From the NCBI GenBank assembly GCA_028715175.1, contig JAQUSJ010000001.1, forward strand, positions 340,550 to 404,549: 64,000 nucleotides of DNA, written 5' to 3'. This document shows, piece after piece, positions 20,853 through 30,060 of this stretch (its first letter is position 1; every line of letters begins with the position of its first letter). Position numbers and translations under genes: made by a program. Source of the stretch: Candidatus Daviesbacteria bacterium. Its GTDB lineage: Bacteria > Patescibacteriota > Microgenomatia > Daviesbacterales > UBA10151. Below the pieces are notes generated by a model. That model had not been told where the DNA came from. It ran no database searches and saw only the letters and a list, made by a program, of their open reading frames with translations.

Positions 20853-21609
20853 ACACCCACAATTTTAATCTAGAACAAACTGGACCTAAGTTTAGGGTTT
20901 CTCCTACTTTTGAAGAACTAGCAATTTTATTGAACTTAGAATTCCAGTTGAGTTCTTCCTCAAAATATGGTCGCAGTCCCCGTGTTAGCATAAAATATTC
21001 ACCTAATCCGTCTTCCTCAACAAATATATAACCATTCTTTCTCATAAAATTAATCAAAATTTGATCATTAAAAAATAAGTTGTGCCATTTGACAGGAATA
21101 GATTTTAATCCAAATGCACTCCTTAATTTATTTAATGTTTCTACCCCCTCCAAACTCCCTTCAAGCAAGATTAATTTGCCGCCCTTTTTAAGCATAGATT
21201 TGAAATCTAGTAAAACTTTTTGTTGTAGTTTCCATCCCAACAAATTAATAAGAAATCTTTGTGAAATAATAGCGTCATAATTATTATTTAATGAATATTT
21301 TCCTAAAAAATCAATTTTTCTTAAAGTGACGTTGTTGCATCTGGAGAGCCTACTAGCAGCCTTTTTTAATCTGGTTTCAGAAAAATCAACTGCATGAATT
21401 TTTACTCCAGGGATTTTAGAATATTCTAATGTCCCCTCACCTTCACCGCAGCCTGCGTCTAATATTTTAGATTTTTTTGCAAGCCGCTTTTTTATTAGCT
21501 TTATTTCAAGATTCAGGAGGTATTTATCATACATTGACTCAACGTTATCCTGGTTCCAATATTCCAATACTTCTTGAGAATTGTGAATGGGTTTGACCGT
21601 TATTTTCAT
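20839..21609 (-). CDS. Class I SAM-dependent methyltransferase
   Basis: LDAGCGEG, AVDFS, QRFLINL, LKKGG..LLEG. Confidence 0.85.
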   Translation of the reverse strand: MKITVKPIHNSQEVLEYWNQDNVESMYDKYLLNLEIKLIKKRLAKKSKILDAGCGEGEGTLEYSKIPGVKIHAVDFSETRLKKAASRLSRCNNVTLRKIDFLGKYSLNNNYDAIISQRFLINLLGWKLQQKVLLDFKSMLKKGGKLILLEGSLEGVETLNKLRSAFGLKSIPVKWHNLFFNDQILINFMRKNGYIFVEEDGLGEYFMLTRGLRPYFEEELNWNSKFNKIASSSKVGETLNLGPVCSRLKLWVFKNG

Positions 21610-21629
21610 ACGCTAATTTATTTATTTGG

Positions 21630-21679
21630 ATTATATCAAATAGGGTCTTCTTTACAAAGAGTAAAATAGATAATATGAT
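21630..21679. promoter_or_regulatory. Overlapping divergent sigma70-type promoters
   Basis: Minus strand: TTGTAA(21657-52)-N16-TATAAT(21635-30) with extended TG. Plus strand: TTTACA(21651-56)-N17-TATGAT(21674-79). Confidence 0.45.
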
Positions 21680-21706
21680 TGTGAAAATTATTATAGAATA
21701 TTAATA

Positions 21707-22801
21707 ATGATTAATGTAACTAAAACAACTCTGCCTCCAATTAATAAATACATCAAATATTTAAAGAAAGTGTGGATGAATAATTGGATAACTAACAAGG
21801 GGGAATTTACTCTTCAGTTAGAAAAGGAATTAAAAAATTATCTTAAAGTAAAAAATTTATCAGTTGTCAGCAATGGGACCATTGCTATGCAACTTGCATT
21901 TAAAGCCTTAAAATTAAAAGGAGAAGTAATCACCACCCCCTTTACTTTTCCGGCAACAACGAATTCTTTAATATGGGAAGGGTTAAAACCGGTTTTTGCC
22001 GATATAGACCCCGAAACTTTTAATATTGACGCTAAAGAAATTGAGAAAAAAATAACTAAAGAAACATCCGCTATTTTAGCCGTGCACGTATTTGGTAATC
22101 CCTGTGATGTTGAGGCAATAGAAAAAATTGCCAAAAAATATAACTTAAAAATTATTTATGACAGCGCTCATGCTTTTGGAATAGAGTATAAAGATAAATC
22201 TGTCCTTTCCTGGGGCGATATAAACACTTTAAGTTTTCATGCAGCTAAAGTTTTTCATACTGCAGAGGGTGGAGCAGTAATAGCCAGGAAAAAGCGCGAC
22301 TACCAAATGCTCGATCTTCTTAAAAATCATGGGATTGAATATTACGATAAAGTAGTTATTGCCGGCATTAATGCTAAAATGAATGAACTGCAGGCAATAA
22401 TGGGACTGTGTGTTTTAGAAGATTTTGAAAAATCAATTATCAAAAGAAAGAAAATTTACCAAAGGTACAAAGAAGCTTTTTTAAAAAATCCCCTAATAAA
22501 AATACAAAAATTACATAATAATTTAACTAAATATACCTATCCTTATTTTCCAGTTTTTTTCCCCGATGAAAAAACAAGAGAACGCATTTTTAAAGTTTTA
22601 TTAAAAAATGGAATCAGGGCCAGAAAATATTTCTATCCTCCCTGTCACGAGTTTCCCTATATAAAATATTCTTCTTCTGATTTGCCTAATGCAACTAAAA
22701 TTTCTCACACAATTCTTTGTTTACCACTTTATGCAACCCTTACTACAAAAGATCATGAAAGAATTATTAACTTAGTTAACAAAGCTTTACTTAGCCTCTA
22801 G
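21707..22801 (+). CDS. DegT/DnrJ PLP aminotransferase, VioA-like (NDP-4-amino-4,6-dideoxyhexose synthase)
   Basis: TPFTFPAT, VHVFGNPC, YDSAHAFG, SFHAAKVFHTAEGG, NAKMNELQA, RKYFYP. Confidence 0.85.
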   Translation: MINVTKTTLPPINKYIKYLKKVWMNNWITNKGEFTLQLEKELKNYLKVKNLSVVSNGTIAMQLAFKALKLKGEVITTPFTFPATTNSLIWEGLKPVFADIDPETFNIDAKEIEKKITKETSAILAVHVFGNPCDVEAIEKIAKKYNLKIIYDSAHAFGIEYKDKSVLSWGDINTLSFHAAKVFHTAEGGAVIARKKRDYQMLDLLKNHGIEYYDKVVIAGINAKMNELQAIMGLCVLEDFEKSIIKRKKIYQRYKEAFLKNPLIKIQKLHNNLTKYTYPYFPVFFPDEKTRERIFKVLLKNGIRARKYFYPPCHEFPYIKYSSSDLPNATKISHTILCLPLYATLTTKDHERIINLVNKALLSL

Positions 22802-22844
22802 TTATTAATTTTCAATTAAATTGAATAAAAAGCGAGACAATGAA

Positions 22845-22874
22845 TTGACAACTAGGGAGTCATGGTCATATTAT
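22845..22874 (+). promoter_or_regulatory. sigma70-type promoter TTGACA-N18-TATTAT
   Basis: Perfect -35; -10 ends 7 nt before ATG 22882. Confidence 0.5.
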
Positions 22875-22881
22875 ACTGGGA

Positions 22882-24585
22882 ATGATTCTAAAGAATTCTT
22901 CTGTAATTGTTTTAGGTATTCATGACGGACACAACAGTGGAGCCGCTTTAATTCGCGACGGAGAAGTGCTTGCGGCAATCAACGAAGAAAGATTTAATAA
23001 TATTAAAAATTATTCAGGAGCTCCGGTTTTAGCCATAAAAAAGGTTTTTGAAATCTCAAAAATTAAGCCCAGTGAAGTTGACTTGATTACCATAGCTAGT
23101 TTTCTACGGCTTGATGATCCGGTGAAAGTAGAAGGCAATAAATTACATCTACTGGCAGAGTATCTTGCACCCTTGATGCATCAAAAATGGTTTATAAAAA
23201 ATAGCATTGCGATATTACATAAATTTAGAAGAATTAGTGAGGTAAAAAAAGTTTTAGATGATTTAGGCATTGGCAACAAGAAAATCAGTTTTATTGAACA
23301 TCATCTGGCTCATGCCGCCTGCGCTTTTTATCAAAGGTCATGGGACGGTAAAACACTGATATTAACTTTGGACGGAATGGGGGATGGTTTGTCTGCCACA
23401 GTTAATATTGGGTCAGGTTTTAATATTAAAAGAATAGCGGAAACTTCCTTTTACGATAGCCTTGGTAACAACTTGTATTCCGAAATTACTGCTTATTTAG
23501 GAATGAAACGGTGGGAACATGAATATAAAATCATGGGACTGGCGCCTTACGGAAAACCGGATAAAGTTCTTGATGTTTTGAGAAAGGGAATACGGATAAA
23601 TCCGCAACAGCCTTTAGAATTTGAGAATATCTCAGGATATTATTTGAAGAAGATGCAAACCTTTTATCAAAAAGCTTTGACCGGATATAGATTTGATAAT
23701 ATTGCAGCTGCTACTCAAAAACTCTTTGAAGATTTAGTGGTGCAGTGGGTCAAAAATGCTATTAAACAGACAAAACTGAATAAAATAGTTTGCGCCGGCG
23801 GTTCTTTTTTAAATGTTAAATTAAATAAATTAATTCGAGAGCTTAACGAAGTTGATGAAGTTTTCTTTTATCCGGCTGCTGAAGATGGTGGTTCTGCAGT
23901 TGGAGCGGCTTTAGAAGGTTACTATAGATTTTGCCAGCAGAATAAAATTTCTGCTAAAAAGATACAGATTTCGGATATATACTATGGACAATCGTTCTCC
24001 GATGAGCAGATTACCGAATTCATCAAATCTAAAAGATTAAAAAATGTTGCCAGGAAAGTTTCGCCAGCTAAAATAGCAAAATTGCTGACTCAAGGAAAAA
24101 TAATCGCCAGATTTTCCGGAAGAGATGAATGGGGACCAAGGGCTTTAGGTAACAGAAGTATTATGGCTGATCCCCGGGATATGCGAGTAATCAGAAAGAT
24201 TAATTTTGCCATCAAACAACGGGATTTTTGGATGCCTTTTGCTCCGGCGGTTTTAGAAGAGGATCAAGGTAGATACTTTAAAAAAAGCAGATTTGCTCCC
24301 TACATGATTGAGGCATTCGATACTACGGATGAAGCTCAAGAAATTATTGCCGGACTTCATCCTTATGATTTAACAGGTCGACCTCAAACAGTCAACAACT
24401 GGAATCCCTGCTGGCAGGCTATTATTAGAGAATTCAAAAAACTTACCAGTGTAGGAGGCATAGTGAATACGTCTTTTAATCTGCATGGTTATCCTTTGGT
24501 AGGTAATCTAGAGCAAGCTTTATGGACATTTAGAAACAGTAGGCTAGACGGTTTGTTATTAGGTGATTGGTTAATTGAAAAATAA
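22882..24585 (+). CDS. O-carbamoyltransferase, NodU/CmcH/TobZ family
   Basis: GHNSGAA..EERF, EHHLAHA, DGMGD, EYKIMGLAPYG, GPRALGNRSI, KQRDFWMPFAP, RPQTV, NTSFNLHG. Confidence 0.92.
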   Translation: MILKNSSVIVLGIHDGHNSGAALIRDGEVLAAINEERFNNIKNYSGAPVLAIKKVFEISKIKPSEVDLITIASFLRLDDPVKVEGNKLHLLAEYLAPLMHQKWFIKNSIAILHKFRRISEVKKVLDDLGIGNKKISFIEHHLAHAACAFYQRSWDGKTLILTLDGMGDGLSATVNIGSGFNIKRIAETSFYDSLGNNLYSEITAYLGMKRWEHEYKIMGLAPYGKPDKVLDVLRKGIRINPQQPLEFENISGYYLKKMQTFYQKALTGYRFDNIAAATQKLFEDLVVQWVKNAIKQTKLNKIVCAGGSFLNVKLNKLIRELNEVDEVFFYPAAEDGGSAVGAALEGYYRFCQQNKISAKKIQISDIYYGQSFSDEQITEFIKSKRLKNVARKVSPAKIAKLLTQGKIIARFSGRDEWGPRALGNRSIMADPRDMRVIRKINFAIKQRDFWMPFAPAVLEEDQGRYFKKSRFAPYMIEAFDTTDEAQEIIAGLHPYDLTGRPQTVNNWNPCWQAIIREFKKLTSVGGIVNTSFNLHGYPLVGNLEQALWTFRNSRLDGLLLGDWLIEK

Positions 24586-24598
24586 AGCCTATTAATTT

Positions 24599-25323
24599 AT
24601 GACTCAATATTTAACAAGAATACAAAAAGAAAACCGAAAAAGAATATTGGAGATTAGCTATAAGCATAAACTTTCTCATTTAGGTTCATGCCTTTCGGTT
24701 GTGGATCTAATTGATGCGGTTTATCGAATAAAGAAGACAGAAGAAAAATTTATATTAAGCGCAGGTCATGGAGGCGTTGCTTTGTATACAGTACTGGAAA
24801 AATACAGCAATGTTGATGCGGAAAAACTGTTTAAAAAGCATGGCGTGCATCCCAATAGAGATAAAAGAAATGAAATTCATTGCTCAACCGGTAGTTTAGG
24901 TCATGGTTTACCGAGATAGCTTTGGGTATGGCGCTGGCTGATAGGAATAAAAATGTTTATTGTTTGATATCAGACGGAGAATGTACGGAAGGGTCAGTTT
25001 GGGAATCATTCAGAATTGCTGACGATTTAAAAGTTAATAATTTAAAAATTATTTTAAACGCTAACGGCTGGGGAGCATATAGCAAAATTTCACTTAAGCC
25101 CTTAATAATAAGAATTAAATCATTTGATATGGCTCTTTGCGTTATTGATGGTCACAATATTAGTCAAGTCGTTGATGCCCTTAAGAAAAAAAGACAAGAT
25201 AAACCTTTAGTTATTTTTGCCAAAACTATTGTTGAGCAATTTCCCTTTTTGCAAGGTCAAGATGCTCATTATTATGTAATGAGTGATGAAGATTATTTAG
25301 CAGCAGTAAAGTTATTGAAGTAA
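24599..25323 (+). pseudogene. Transketolase N-terminal (TPP-binding) subunit with a 2-bp frameshift near 24914
   Basis: SHLGSCLS, LSAGH, HP, STGSLGHGLP in one frame; LGMALA..SDGECTEG..NANG in the next. Removing 2 nt restores GLPIALGMALA. Confidence 0.8.
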
Positions 25324-25324
25324 T

Positions 25325-25834
25325 ATGGCTATTCAAAAGAAATTACCATATCCAAGTATGAGAGGATATTTTGCCCATTATCTCTATGAGGAAATGGTAA
25401 AAAATAAAAAGATTTACATTATTACCGGCGATTTAGGATATAAGATGTGGGATCAAATAAAAAAAGATTTTCCGGACAGGTTTATTAATGCGGGAGCTTC
25501 GGAGCAGGCAATGATGGGGATTGCGGTAGGATTGGCGCTGGAAGGTAAAATTCCTTTTGTTTATTCTATACCAACTTTTCTGTTATATCGTGCCTTTGAA
25601 ACTATTAGAAATTATTTAAATATTGAAAAAATACCTGTAAGGTTGGTAGGGTCGGGAAGAGGTAGGGATTATACTCATGACGGAATAACACATTGGCCGG
25701 AAGAAGAAAAAGAAGTTATGGCAATTTTTCAAAACATTAAGTCTATTTGGCCGGAAAATCTAACAGAGATAGCAGTTTTAGTTAAAAAGATGGTAAAAGC
25801 CAATAGACCTTGGTACATTAACTTGAAAAGATAA
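25325..25834 (+). CDS. Transketolase pyrimidine-binding subunit (no C-terminal domain)
   Basis: TGDLG, FPDRFINAGASEQAMMGIAVGLA, RAFETIR, DGITHW; ends at WYINLKR. Confidence 0.85.
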   Translation: MAIQKKLPYPSMRGYFAHYLYEEMVKNKKIYIITGDLGYKMWDQIKKDFPDRFINAGASEQAMMGIAVGLALEGKIPFVYSIPTFLLYRAFETIRNYLNIEKIPVRLVGSGRGRDYTHDGITHWPEEEKEVMAIFQNIKSIWPENLTEIAVLVKKMVKANRPWYINLKR

Positions 25835-25840
25835 GATTTA

Positions 25841-26794
25841 TCATTTTTTGTGATTATTTATAATTTCTTGAACTATTGCTTCGGGACGATTTTTAACTTC
25901 TTCAAAGATACGACGGATATATTCTGAAAGTAAGGTTAGAACTACAAGTTGTACGCTGCCAATAAATAAAATTGCTAGGAGTGTAGTAATAAATCCTTTG
26001 GGTGCATCAGGTACAACAAAATACATTGCGAAGTAAAAGAATATACCAAAGAGTGTTATAAAGGTGCTTAGTATAGCTGCGTAAAAAACCCATTCAAGGG
26101 GGGCATAAGAATAAGAAAATACTGCTTTTCTGGCCCACTGTAATCCTTTCCAAAAGCTAGTAGTTGAAACTCCTTCTCCCCAGTACCGCTCTGGTCTTAT
26201 GTATTCAATCCCAATTTGTTTAAATCCCACCCAGGCTCTAAGTCCTCTGATAAATCTGTCCTTTTCCGGGAGTCTGTTTATATGGTCAACAACAACTCTG
26301 TCCATGAGCGAGAAATCTCCTGCATCAAGCGGCACTTTAATATAGCTTAATTTGTTAAAAATAACGTAGAACATATGATAGATGAATTCCCAAATAGGTC
26401 CCATGCTTTGCTCTCGTTTTTTACGGCTACCATAAACTACTTGATATCCCTCCAACCATTTTTTAACAAATTGCTTTATTAGTTCAGGAGGATCTTGTAA
26501 GTCTCCATCCATTAAAACAACGATATCGCCGGTAGACTGTTTCATGCCGGTGGTAAAAGCATTTTGAGCGCCAAAATTTCTCGAATGAAGGATTACTGTT
26601 AAACGTTTATCTTCCTTGGCTAATTTTCTTAAAATTTGTTCCGAATTATCTGGGCTGTCATCATTAACGTAAATAATTTCCCAATTAGGTGTGATTTTTT
26701 TTAAAACTTTAACAGTTCTTCGGTACAACTCTTCAATATTACCTTCGTCGCGAAAAGCAATTGGTACAACAGAGATTTTTTTCCTTGTCAGCAT
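25841..26794 (-). CDS. GT2, GtrB/ArnC-like polyprenol-phosphate glycosyltransferase with 2 C-terminal TM helices
   Basis: VNDDSPD, SRNFG, MDGDLQDPP, AGDFSLMDR, RFIRGLRAWVGF, EVKNRP. Confidence 0.9.
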   Translation of the reverse strand: MLTRKKISVVPIAFRDEGNIEELYRRTVKVLKKITPNWEIIYVNDDSPDNSEQILRKLAKEDKRLTVILHSRNFGAQNAFTTGMKQSTGDIVVLMDGDLQDPPELIKQFVKKWLEGYQVVYGSRKKREQSMGPIWEFIYHMFYVIFNKLSYIKVPLDAGDFSLMDRVVVDHINRLPEKDRFIRGLRAWVGFKQIGIEYIRPERYWGEGVSTTSFWKGLQWARKAVFSYSYAPLEWVFYAAILSTFITLFGIFFYFAMYFVVPDAPKGFITTLLAILFIGSVQLVVLTLLSEYIRRIFEEVKNRPEAIVQEIINNHKK

Positions 26795-27558
26795 AGTGGT
26801 TTTTTTAACTTTAGATGGAAAGATTCCATTTGGGATAGTATTTTAAAATAAATGTTAGAAGGTAGCAACTTAATAATTTTAAAAATAAAAAAGATACTTT
26901 TAGGATAAAAAAATTGTGCTTTATTACTTTTGGTTGAATTAATTATACAGTTTACTGCTTGATCTTCCGAAAGAATAAATGGGGCAATTTTCTTAAAAGG
27001 TCCCATCCCGGAGCCAATCGGTCCAAAATAAATAGTTTTAAATATGATGCCTTTGTCTTTATATTTTTGATAAAGACTCTCAAAACCGATAGATAGAGCT
27101 GCTTTGCTAGCAGCATAACCGATTCCCTCTATTCCGCTTCCTTTTAAGGCAGAAAAAGAAGATATTGCGATAAATTGGGTTCCTGGTTTTGCAAATGGAA
27201 TCAAGCTATTAATTCCTCTCATAATTCCTAGAAAATTTACGTCCACCATTTTTTTTAAAGTTTCTATCTCAATGCCATTTTTCAAATCATTTTGAGAAAT
27301 AGCTGCATTAAATATAATAATTTTTGGTATGAAATTTTTTTCTTTAAACTTATTGACAAGAGATTGCCAACAATTCTTTTCTGTCTGATCCATGGGTGTA
27401 TAAATGAAATTTGCGGAATTGTTTAATTCTTCCTTCAATTCTTTTAGTCGCTGTCCTCTTCTTGCTATTCCCCATACAATTTGTTTATCCGAAATGAGTT
27501 TTTTTGTTAAGGCTTTGCCTATTCCTGAAGAAACACCTGTTATTAAATACTTGCTCAT
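26788..27558 (-). CDS. Classical short-chain dehydrogenase/reductase
   Basis: TGVSSGIG, ARR, NAA, ISS, YAASK. ATG 27558 (MSKYLITG) is preferred over 27615. Confidence 0.85.
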   Translation of the reverse strand: MSKYLITGVSSGIGKALTKKLISDKQIVWGIARRGQRLKELKEELNNSANFIYTPMDQTEKNCWQSLVNKFKEKNFIPKIIIFNAAISQNDLKNGIEIETLKKMVDVNFLGIMRGINSLIPFAKPGTQFIAISSFSALKGSGIEGIGYAASKAALSIGFESLYQKYKDKGIIFKTIYFGPIGSGMGPFKKIAPFILSEDQAVNCIINSTKSNKAQFFYPKSIFFIFKIIKLLPSNIYFKILSQMESFHLKLKKPLC

Positions 27559-27698
27559 GTTATTTTCTATGATTTTCTTTAGTAGAAGATTATTATACTC
27601 TAGATTTGAATTCATTGAAATAAACTGCCATAATAAAAAATGGTCATAATGGTCATTTTATATAGTTTGTGGTTATGTAAATTTATGGAGAATAAAAG

Positions 27699-29231
27699 AT
27701 GGTAGAAGTACTTAGAAAAAAACAAAAATTAATATTTGTAATTTTTGTTTTCCTAATTTTTATGGTATCCTTTCTTACTTTTTGGAGAGCTTTTGGTTTT
27801 GACTTTTGGGGAGAGGATTGGGAGCAAATATGGTATGCAGTGTTTAGCCCATCACTTATTAATAATCAACAAATTTATCCTCATCCGATTGTGATCTATG
27901 AAGAATTGTTCTTGGCAAAGTTTTTGGGTTTTAATACATTATACTGGCAAACAATAGGATATTTATTAAAAGTTTTGGGTGCATTTGCAGTAAGTTTAAT
28001 GATGCTAGGGATTACAAGATCAAAAAGAGTGGCTATTTTTACGGGATTGATATATGCTTCTTCGGTTGGCGGTTTGGCGTCGGTAACCTGGGTAGCTGCT
28101 CAAGCCTCCGCGTTAGAAATTCCTTTTTTGTGTCTCGGGATATATTTTTGGATTACGAAAAAGAATTATGTACTAGCATTAGCACTGCTAATATTTAGCA
28201 TCTGGGCTGATCCTTCCAGGGGTATTTTTGGATGTCTTATTGTTATTTTATGGGATATCTTGACATATATTCAGAATACAAACAAAGTTATCTCCATTAA
28301 GCCTTGGAAAAGAGTATTAATTTTAATAATAGCAATCTTCTTCATAAAGTCTTTTCTTCTTGGTCAAAGATTTTTTGAGATATTACCCACACTAGATGTA
28401 AATATTAACTACATAGTTAATTATCCTATTGAAGTGTTGACTAATTTCCTTAATACGTTAGGCAATTTACTTGTTGGATGGTTTATCTCAATTCCACAAA
28501 ACGTTTTCGCCGTTTCGATACCAACTTTTATAGGGATAGCGGCGGGTTATCTTTTTTTATTTCAGACGATCTTTTTATTAGTTTATTTTCTAAAAAAGAA
28601 GAATGAATCTTTTAAGATATTATTTATTTTTTCAATATGGATAGTAGTTTTCTTTTTACCAAATTGGCTGTTAGCCGATAATTCGATGATTGGTTCCGAA
28701 AGACGGGTTTTAGGGCAGACACATCGCTATCTTACGCTTTCCGCCGTTGGTTTAGCTTGTTTTCTAGGATATGCGCTGTCAAGAGTAAAACGTAATCATC
28801 TCCAAGGGTTTTTACTATTATTTGTAGTAGGTAGCAATATCGTTATATCTAACCAAATTCTAAAAAAGGAAGCATATTACCGTTCTACGGAGGTGACAAA
28901 ACCTATGTGGGATAAAATCGAAAAAGATGTACCTGTGGGTGAAGAAAATAGTCTTTTCTTTATCCGGGGAGAGGATAAATTTAGAGTAAATGATATTTCT
29001 CAAATTAAAATTCCCTTTGCGATACGAAGAGGAATAATAAGCCGTGATAAGTGGCCCGGTTCTACTTCCGATCCTGGAGTAGTGAAAAGATACATGTGCG
29101 GTAATACTGATGATAGACGAATAGTGCCGCTTTCTCGTCTTCACGTCTGGTATATAAAAGGGAACACATTGGATAATATATCGGAAAAAGTACGAAAAGA
29201 ATTTAGTGAGATGGATTGTAGTTCTCAATAA
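27699..29231 (+). CDS. Polytopic GT-C-like membrane protein (paralog family I)
   Basis: WGEDW after TM1, HRYLTLSAVG, MWDKI, LFFI, C-terminal LHVWYIKG..LDNI. Confidence 0.6.
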   Translation: MVEVLRKKQKLIFVIFVFLIFMVSFLTFWRAFGFDFWGEDWEQIWYAVFSPSLINNQQIYPHPIVIYEELFLAKFLGFNTLYWQTIGYLLKVLGAFAVSLMMLGITRSKRVAIFTGLIYASSVGGLASVTWVAAQASALEIPFLCLGIYFWITKKNYVLALALLIFSIWADPSRGIFGCLIVILWDILTYIQNTNKVISIKPWKRVLILIIAIFFIKSFLLGQRFFEILPTLDVNINYIVNYPIEVLTNFLNTLGNLLVGWFISIPQNVFAVSIPTFIGIAAGYLFLFQTIFLLVYFLKKKNESFKILFIFSIWIVVFFLPNWLLADNSMIGSERRVLGQTHRYLTLSAVGLACFLGYALSRVKRNHLQGFLLLFVVGSNIVISNQILKKEAYYRSTEVTKPMWDKIEKDVPVGEENSLFFIRGEDKFRVNDISQIKIPFAIRRGIISRDKWPGSTSDPGVVKRYMCGNTDDRRIVPLSRLHVWYIKGNTLDNISEKVRKEFSEMDCSSQ

Positions 29232-29257
29232 ATTTACATGAGTTTAGTATATCGTTT

Positions 29258-30010
29258 ATGGAAAGATTTAGTTATGAATGGGTTAAATTTAATAAGATAG
29301 TTCCTGATTACGAGATTCAGTTTTTAAAATGGATTCATATATTTAAACCCGAAGATTTCAAAGATAAGAGAATATTAGATGCAGGATGTGGAATGGGCAG
29401 GAATAGTTACTGGCCACTTCTATATGGAGCAAAAGAGGTTGTAGCTTTTGATCATGATCATAATATAGTGAACGTAGCAAGAAAAAATTTGTCAAATTTT
29501 AAAAATGTTAAAATTTATTATCAGTCGATTTATAGAATAATATATAAAGATTATTTTGATATAGCATTTTCGATTGGAGTGATACATCATTTACAATATC
29601 CGCAAAAAGCCATTACCAATTTGATTAATTCTGTAAAAAAGAACGGTACGGTACTTATTTGGGTTTATGATAAAGAGGGGAGTAAACGGATAGTAGAAAT
29701 AGTTAATTTCTTACGGTATTTTACTTCTAGACTACCGCTACAGATTGTAGATGTTTTGTCTTATTTGATTACAGTTTTTTTGTGGGTATATTTAAAGATA
29801 ATAATGCAAACACATCCTTATTTTCAACAAATATCAAATTTTAATTTTTGGCACTTAAGATCAATAGTTTTTGATCAATTAATACCTAAAATTGCAAATT
29901 ATTGGTCTAGGGAAGAAGTACTTGCTTTATTTAAGGATAAAAGATTAAAAAATATTAAAATCTTTAAAGTTAACAATAATTCCTGGACCGTAACTGCACA
30001 AAAAAAGTAA
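29258..30010 (+). CDS. Class I SAM-dependent methyltransferase
   Basis: LDAGCGMGR, SIGVIHHL, IWVY..EG. Confidence 0.85.
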   Translation: MERFSYEWVKFNKIVPDYEIQFLKWIHIFKPEDFKDKRILDAGCGMGRNSYWPLLYGAKEVVAFDHDHNIVNVARKNLSNFKNVKIYYQSIYRIIYKDYFDIAFSIGVIHHLQYPQKAITNLINSVKKNGTVLIWVYDKEGSKRIVEIVNFLRYFTSRLPLQIVDVLSYLITVFLWVYLKIIMQTHPYFQQISNFNFWHLRSIVFDQLIPKIANYWSREEVLALFKDKRLKNIKIFKVNNNSWTVTAQKK

Positions 30011-30060
30011 ATTTATTTAAAACAGACATTATTACGGATAGTTTAATTTTATTCATTGGA

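Noticed and set aside
24917-24919. TAG read-through or recoding (pyrrolysine, alternative code) in the transketolase
   Set aside because: The continuation is in a different frame, so a 2-bp insertion explains it; TAG and TGA serve as normal stops elsewhere.
24922-25323. Independent 133-aa gene
   Set aside because: It begins in the middle of the conserved GLPIALGMA motif and is the second half of the frameshifted gene.
26788-27558. DprE2 (decaprenylphosphoryl-arabinose pathway) call, tempting given the AftD-like genes
   Set aside because: Only generic SDR motifs are visible, and no DprE1-like FAD oxidase or UbiA-type phosphoribosyltransferase is in the window.
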